The notes beneath the pieces are model-generated. The model had not been told where the DNA came from. It made no database searches and saw nothing but the letters and a program-made list of their open reading frames with translations. Below, piece by piece: positions 56,022 to 64,000 of a DNA stretch of 64,000 bases (the first letter of the stretch is position 1; every line of letters starts with the position of its first letter). The stretch comes from Ophelia neglecta (taxonomy: Eukaryota). Both the position numbers and the translations under genes were made by a program. The DNA lies in contig OZ260661.1 in the NCBI GenBank assembly GCA_965285935.1, forward strand, positions 139,066,001 to 139,130,000, in the 5' to 3' direction.

Positions 56022-58689
56022 TTTACTACCCGATATCAAGCTTATTTCACTGAATGGAACAATTTACTTGATGCCGACCATAATGCCTTTCGAATATTAG
56101 CTCAGCCCTTACATGAGACATGAAGTTTTCGACATCGTAAATTGCTGAGTTTCAACTTCGGAATCAACCCTCATCTTCATGCCTGAGCCCGGTTCGTCAA
56201 CACGGTGTGTACATACACACTGTACATACATTTTACATAACAGCCTGCTTCCGATAATAATACACCTAGAGATCGGCATACTTATATTTGAATAAGTGTC
56301 TATTGAGAAGCTAAAGGAGAATTATAAATTATCGTAGCTCCAACATGGACATCTAATAGGTGTATACTCTGATTATATGGATGGTCACCTGAAAGCCGTA
56401 GCTAAACATGTTAGCGAAACGTAATTCATATGTTCGTCAGGCGTTAGAGATGCCGAATTGTAGCTAAAATTAGTTTCCAATGGATTGCATCTATCAGTAA
56501 ATCGGCGAGGAATGACAGTTTCCTTTTTCTCCTAAGCCAGTAAACGCTGTCTCGCTGCCCTTCTCGCCACCATCTTAAACCAAAAATGTAAGTCCAAAGA
56601 CACCTCCATAGCAGTGCAGAAAAGCCCAAGTCGAAGTCTGAAATCAGTCCTGTCTTAAGTCTAAGAATCTTTCAACAACTGCCTTCACAAAGTCCAAGTA
56701 TAAGCCGATTTCTCTCAAGTCCAAAGTGAAAATCTAAAGCATATATCCATGGAAACTGAATTGGGCTTGAAGTCACGAATCTTTTAACAAGCGGCCCCAG
56801 GTTCATGTGTAGGGTATGTATAGGGTGCCGTGGTGAAATTTATTGATAATTGAATATATTTTCTTCATTGCTATATAAATATCTTCTTTATAAATCTGAT
56901 TTCTTTGTAACGTGACATATATTGAGGGGCAATAGGAGGAAGTTTGAGGAATTAGCAAATATATTAATGAAAATCTTGGCAATCTTGTTCTTTCCAATGG
57001 GTTATGTACGCTGTAGTGTTTCCCAGCCTTTACATCTGTTTTCCTAAATGATACTTACTTAAACGTTACAAATGGGAAACGAATAGTCATTGGCAGATCT
57101 AGTTAGTCATTGGCAGATCGTGAGTTGACGTATTATGCCCCTAAATGTCTATATATTATGGTGCGCAGCTTTTGAACATTGATTTTGCATTATCATAAAG
57201 TAATTTCCAGGTCTTTTTTCCTTTGGCTATTTGTGTGTTTATTTAAAGGCATATATATTTTAGCTGTTTCGTCTTTTGTGATTATTTGCAACATCAGCAT
57301 TATATTGCACTTTTACCTGAAACTGTGCTTCATACTAGATATTATCTGTGGTTTATGTTTCATAAATTTTGAATGATCAATGACTGTAAGTATCAAATAC
57401 GTACCAGTACAATTGCCTGTTAAATATAGTTATTAATTGTTGCCCTTTACTTTACAACTATATTTTGATGTCAGCCTATTGGTTTAGACCACCCTTTTTC
57501 CTTTTGGTAAATAGACGTCTAAAAGGAAATGGGTAAGCAAGAAACATACAGATGGACATGGTCAACTTAATTTTTTCTGCTTCCAAGCTATGTTAAAAGT
57601 TGTAAAAGTGCCCATAAAAAAAATGAATCACGGCATTACACTCTGTTATTTGGGAAATATTTCATTTTAATAAGTATTTGGGCTATGAGCATATACAAAC
57701 AAGGAGTAAACATTTCGGCATTTGTACTTGGAACAAACAATATATGACAGGCCTGACTGTTCAAGAAGAAACTTCTGCCTTTATAATTGAATGAGTCAAC
57801 GACAGTAATGTCCATAGTGTATGTGACTAGCATTAAATCAGAAAAAAAGCTTGTTTTCTTTGGAACTGCATTAACGGAAAGCAACGTTATGCATTGGGAT
57901 TAATTCTCAGAGCGAAAAAATAATGGTTGACATATTTATACTTTTACACATACTACATTATTCGCCTTCTGATTGTTGTAGAAATTATAGTAACCAGGTT
58001 AAGTGCATCTAGGTTTATTGAAATGACCTTGATAATAATAGGTTCAGTAAGATTTTCCTTGTGGGGTCATATCTCTATAAAGTGTTGATGTGTTTTGAAA
58101 TAGCGATGTTGAGTGCAGGACTCATTAGTAGTTTTTACATATGTTAGTAGTTGGTATTGTGCTTAAATAGTTTGGGACTGTTTGTGCAGAGGTCATGCTC
58201 AAGGAGATTCTGTAATTTAGCCGGAAACGGAAGTGAAGACTTGTAGGAAATTGTATCTAGTACCATGGGCGTTGCGGACGTGTTGTTTCTAGGAGCAGTA
58301 TTTGGTGGTCGTAATACTATGGCAAATTTAGTTTAAGTTTGTCGTTAATGTATTTCAGAATGAACCTTTGTTGCTGGGGTTGTGTACCGCTGGAAACGTG
58401 AAAACTAAAAGAAAAGATTTTTGTACAAGCACAAGCGTCTCAGTTTATTGGGCTGTCAAAGTCCGCAATGTACACGCATTGACAGTACATAAATCACTCG
58501 TATAGCCATCAGTTCCCTGTTGTTGTTTTTTAGACAAATGCGAACTAGGTTTACATGTGAACAAGCCCTAGGGAGGACCAGGCACATGTAAACCACTATG
58601 ATTTTTGTAGGCCACTATATTTTTTTATGTATATATATTAGCCTCAATAGTTTCTCAGCAAAATTTGCTGACTACATATGAAACATTTA

Positions 58690-58905
58690 ATTGTGATCCA
58701 AAATTATTTATATAATCCAAAATGGTTTTGGAACCAATCCATATATAACATTTATAAATGGTGATCCAAAATGGTTGTTTACATATTGATGAGCCAAAAA
58801 CGTCTCTGGGCCAAAATAGCTGTTGATATATGAAGCATATATGTGGTGATCTAAAATAGTTATTGATATATTCATGAGCCAAATGGTGTCTGAGCCAAAA
58901 TAGCT
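58690..58905. repeat. Degenerate tandem repeat (tgatccaaaat.../gagccaaaat core)
   Basis: Recurrent ccaaaat-containing units. Confidence 0.55.
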
Positions 58906-59359
58906 ACATATTTACAAAACTTGTACAATGACTGACACTGCAGGGACAAAAATTTAGATCAAAGTTTGGCCCTCCGGTAGATCTAGGTCAAGGAAACTGA
59001 AATTCGAATCAGTTTGAGGTCTTTCCAAATGAACCTGATAAAGGTAAGTAAATTTGAATTGGCTTGAGCATGTTTCACAATGCAAAAAACCATTTGAGAA
59101 CAGTATGAGCTAATATGCTTGACATTTGTTCCAATTCGGTAGGATATCTAAATACATCCACAGGGTGCAAAGAAGGTATATGTTTTGCATGAACATTGGT
59201 CGCTTACTATTGGCTCATCCTATATATATATATGTATATGTATATATGTATATATTTATTCAGATAAACTTGGGCGCCTTCGTATTCTCTTAGGGTGACT
59301 TTAATAAAATATTCAAAATCATCACTGACAAGTTATTGTTGGAGTTTTTTTTAAGTATA

Positions 59360-62300
59360 TTAGTTAATCCCTTTAGCTGCTAGCTCTTCTTTCACCCTCC
59401 CTAGATAAGCTGCATCCGGATAACCATATCTGTGTTCAAAGAAAACATAATTCATGAGCCAGCTTTGCTTCATTCCTTAGAATCATGTTTCCCAGGCAAT
59501 GAAGGTCGATAGTTTTGTGCTTATACCTTAAATGTTATATTCATATGATAATCGACTATGCCCACTTGTTCTTTATTCTTAGGAATAATAACATTTTCTC
59601 AGGAACATACCTGGCAGGCCCGCCTGACATGCTAGTTTTGTGATGAATGTCATTCCAAGTGATTTGATCGTCCTGTCCCGTAGTTGTAGACCTCCCGATG
59701 GTAAATATTAGTCTGGCGTCAAAGGCACGCTTCAGCAGGCGAAGGACTTGGTTACCTTCTTCAGAATCGGGTAGGTAGGCTGTCCGTCTGGTGCCATGGA
59801 ATCGATGGCCCGGATGGGGATGGCAATCCTGAAATAAGTAAGTAATAATAACGGCATTCATGTCGAGACTACTACTTTGTGTGAAGTTAGTGTGGCAATT
59901 TACATGATCACAATTTTGACAGCTAGAATGGGGATGCTGTGAAAACGCGAGTAAATTTAACATATTATTACCAAAATGACACGCTATTGTAGTTCTCTGG
60001 ATGCATAAAGGAATCCAACGCTGCATTTCTACACTCATTTATTAATATTTTATTTTTAAAAAAGAAATACGAATCTGACCAGCGGCAAGATTGAACTATA
60101 TCGATAAAGGCATTTTAATCAGGATACCTTAATTTAAGATTTAAATCTCGCGATCTAGGGCAGCCAAACTTTATTATTTAGTTCAGCTAAAAGATTATTT
60201 ATATTAAAATTGCTAAGGTTTCCAGTGAGGCAGTTTGGGAGAAATATGCAACATCCAATATCGGTAAAAACTGCTGTGGTATTTGTTTAATGCGTGATTT
60301 GAAACAATTCCAATAAACATTATCTCGAACCAGAGCTACAGAATTGTGTTACCTTTTGCCTGCCTCCTGGAAACTCATAGTGTATGACAATAGTTCCGCG
60401 GCATTCCTCATAGCCAGGAAGATGGGCTGGTGATCCGTTGGTTGTCATGGTGCCGTCTGGTTGGTCCCCCTTTACTTCCCCGTGGATCTGACCACAGTTA
60501 GGGCAGGTTGGTTTATTCCTAAACCAAGTCTCTATACATGCCTTGCAAAACACGTGTTTACATATTTGAAGTACCACCTTATTGCTCGGGATTTCCATAC
60601 ATATGGAGCAGGTTTCATCTTTTGTTTGTATCCGTAGAAAATCGGTTCTGCTAAGTATTTTGAATTGCGTTACATGGTTAGCCGATTCTATGCTGGTGTG
60701 TTGAAGCGAATTCAGCGCGGTATAATCCGTTGGCCGGTCAATTATTTCATGACGGTATCCCTCTTTCGTAGTGTATCCTGAGGCTGAAGGGCGGCTGGCA
60801 GCCTCAAACTTGGAGTTATCAATCGACGAGACTCGATAGAACTGCGAAGCCCCAACAGTATGAATGATACCTTGCTCTGTGTCTTCAGCCTTTGGTCTCT
60901 GCTGTGGCTCCGGGTGGCTGATGAAATTTTCAAATTCTGCTGGAATTGACTGTAGAGTTCCCTGGAAGACCTCCTGTTCGAAATAGACCAATACGACTTC
61001 TAATAGTTCTTTATTTTTGTCAACAAGGAAAATGTCCCTTATTTGTGTCTCGGCAACTTGTCCACTCACAAACTTGTAAACAGCATTGAAAATAATCTTA
61101 GCCGGGATGTCCAAGGTTCCTCCATAGAAACCTTTAGTGAGACAGAGAGAACATGTTAAATCACGTTAGCATGGCTTAAGTCGAATAATTGACAAATGTC
61201 AAATAATTGCCTTTGTTCTCCAAATAGTGTGTGATTTAGATTGCAATTTAATTCTTTGTTGTATTACTGCAATAATCGCCAATAATAAAGAGGCCCCATT
61301 TAAAGATAGCTGACTGTTAACATGACGACACAAAGCCACATTAATTGTATCATTAAGAATGAGTTGCGTACTTCCCAGGTTCAACGTGTAAACGTCATTT
61401 ATCATTATTAATACCATTACCTTGAAACGTGCTTACAGCGGCCATAATCAAACAATTTAATTGTATTTTTATAAATCATAATATTCAAAATGGAAGGCAT
61501 TTATCAAATGCGTCCTAAAACATAGAACTTTCAGATGTTGGATATTTTATCAATCAGAGTAACTCAAAAGTGAAAGCAAGGACAGTCTCATATTAGGGAA
61601 CAAAAGATGAAGGTCCCAGGAGGTGTATAAACTTAAATACTTCAAGCAATTGGCCATTTAGGCTTGAGAAATCACATTTTAATAAATTCTGAGAAAACCA
61701 GGAAGCAAACAAATGTAATTTAATGTTTTAATTAAAGTTTTCTACTGTTCTTGCCTAACTGTATGATGGTTACATACTATAAATGCAAGGCCAGAGTTAA
61801 TTTGGGCCAGGGGCAAAGTGGACACGACGTATTTCAATATATCACATATAATATTGCATTCTTAACCAATAGCGATGAATATTGACTTGAAAATAGCCAT
61901 AGACGTCACCAAATAAGAACTTGATTTTCACCGCTATTTGGTTCATTTTAAACATCCGTGAAGATAACGAATAGAGTATGAACGGGATTTTTGACGATTT
62001 ATTTTTTTGAGATGTCTTGGTGCAACAAAAACGGATATGGATATCATTGATTTGCATTTATTAACTTTATTTGACATTGCCATGGCCCACATTTGTGTGG
62101 CAAAAGAGCCATATATGTTGACGTGAATAAACATATACAGTATTACTAATAATAAAATAGTATACTACCTGAGCCCATTGTTGGTATTGCAATGGATGGT
62201 AGATTGCGACAATCTGCTTCAGCCAATACATTTATGAAGACAGCGTTAAGGCAGGCTTCAGCCTTCAGCTTGTCTGTGTAATCCGCCCACCTAGGTGCGT

Positions 62301-62646
62301 TCACGTGGATGATACAGTGACAGGGCATGTTGTAGGCTTCAGATGTATATAATTGGAACTTTTTCAGTTTCCCGTTCTTTGTGATGTATCGAGTACATTC
62401 AGTCTGTAGCTGGGATCCGGCTGCTTTACTGATTGCCCCCGCCACACCTCCAGCGAGCTGAAATTCGGCACTAGCTCGATTGACCACGGCACCCACAAAT
62501 AATCTCGTTATATCTCTTTTGCCAATGTGGATCTTTATTCCGTTCTTTGACCTATAGGTGGCGCTTATGTCGACATCAGTAGGATATGCCAAGGAAGGAG
62601 GCAAAAGGCGCCGATTCCTCCTGTATTTCCGAAGCAAATTCAACAT
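59360..62646 (-). CDS. DTX3L: Macrodomain-RING-DTC Deltex-family (DTX3L-like) E3 ligase
   Basis: Exons are 62646 (or acceptor 62620)-62169, 61131-60353, 59828-59611 and 59429-59360, in phase. The macrodomain reads RDIT...VVNRAS...LAGGVAGAISKAAG...IIHVNAPRW...SIAIPTMGS|GFYG. The RING is CSIC...CKHVFCKAC...CPNC. The DTC reads HPHPG...YLPD...[10 protein letters not shown]...[22 protein letters not shown]. Phase-compatible but speculative 5' exons are 63891-63841 and 63673-63639. Confidence 0.9.
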
Positions 62647-64000
62647 AAATAACTAGTTGATCACGTATTGTGATTATACATAATGTAGCTAAACCAATCC
62701 ATAGTTGAAGCATTTAAGCCAAATATTTACTATACCTGAAACCAACACTCATTAACAATAGATCCGTAGATAATTCTACCTCTATAACTTGTAATTCTCA
62801 GGTTATTGGTAATGTTTGCCCAAACTTCGAAAGGTCTTCCTTGCATTGGTAACAAAGCAGCGATTTATACTGTTTGCTTTAAGGTAAAGAGTTCTCCAAG
62901 GCACAATTCAAACATTTAGCTTTTAAGTATGAATGGCTCTCCTGTTGACATTATCATACCCGGATGTGTATAATATATGCCAGTGTACAGCTGATTGAAA
63001 GCTGGTTAGCTAATGAAGAGGAAAGGTAACCTCAAGTAGCAATGCCTACGTGTTTTGGTACAAGGCTGATATTGTGCACTGTCACATGTAAACATACTCT
63101 GTACTAACATCGATAGAACGATATTGACGAATCGAATGTTACAATCTTTTAAGAACATCAGCCTGTATTTGCGGTTCAAACAAGAGACACCTCATGGTGA
63201 CAACATTATAACTTCCAAAAACCACCGTGCCCGATCTCAGCATTCATTCACTGCCGATGAGAAGCATCAGTGCTTGGGCATGGCGGTTTATTTTTTTCTG
63301 TCACTGGTTTCATAGACCTTTGGCACCCCGTTGACGAAACGACATTCTAATATCTCATATATGTGCATAGCCCACAAGGCAAAACTTCTGTATTTTACTT
63401 CCTTTTGTCCTGATTTACCAGTATAGCTCGGTGAATTATGACAAGTTTAAGGTTAACTTAGTACATACTTGACGTAAAGCGTATCTCCGATATAGAAGTT
63501 AGGTTCGGTTTTGTTCGTTATACCTCTTATAACAAACTTCAAAGTATTATACTTGTATGATAAATAAGGACATGCATATATTGAAATTACTAGGAGAGAA
63601 ATGCTTCTCTTAGTCTCGAAATACACAATATAAATTACCTACTTTGGCTGTTGCATCGTTGGTCCGAGTCAACCTAAGGATCTATATGCACAGAACAATT
63701 GAAATGGGTCTATTTGAGTCGAGCGACTATGATATCAACGCCAATTGAATAATATACTGATAAAATCACATACAACATAGGCATTTAGCTATGTACAATC
63801 CCTACACCATAGTATGATTGGAAATGATTTTCTTTCTGACCTGACCTAAATGGCGCTCGCTATCGATACGCACCCAGAAGTCTACTTTCATAGCCAACGA
63901 GTTGTCAGTCTAGGCTGATGGTTGGTATTCCCCCTTATTCCTGTTGATACAACAGTGTTTCCCAGAGCACGAATATGCCGCGTTGTGATTACGTATTAAA

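Overview
AT-rich, intron-containing animal DNA, probably a marine invertebrate; it is not prokaryotic. The window is an ADP-ribosylation/ubiquitin cluster resembling the DTX3L/PARP9/PARP14 innate-immunity genes, with unusual domain shuffling. Hand-built splice models give the following. (1) Two convergent macrodomain-RING-DTC (Deltex) genes sit at the window ends; the left one has a partial 2676-bp tandem duplication. (2) A central head-to-head pair: an intact-looking protein kinase is spliced in frame to RRM-RRM-RRM-KH-DTC (a RING-less DTX3L-like protein, ~1120 aa, minus strand), and a paralogous pseudokinase is spliced in frame to KH-WWE-ART (a macro-less PARP14-like mono-ADP-ribosyltransferase, ~971 aa, plus strand). 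(3) A Nup98-derived GLEBS gene with tandemly amplified 57-nt exons. (4) An intronless SLC35G/EamA-like transporter and a small acidic membrane-anchored orphan. Between these lie LINE, BEL/Pao, SINE and MITE relics, a tRNA-Glu pseudogene, minisatellites and one assembly gap. All gene models come from splice signals and phase continuity alone, with no transcript data.
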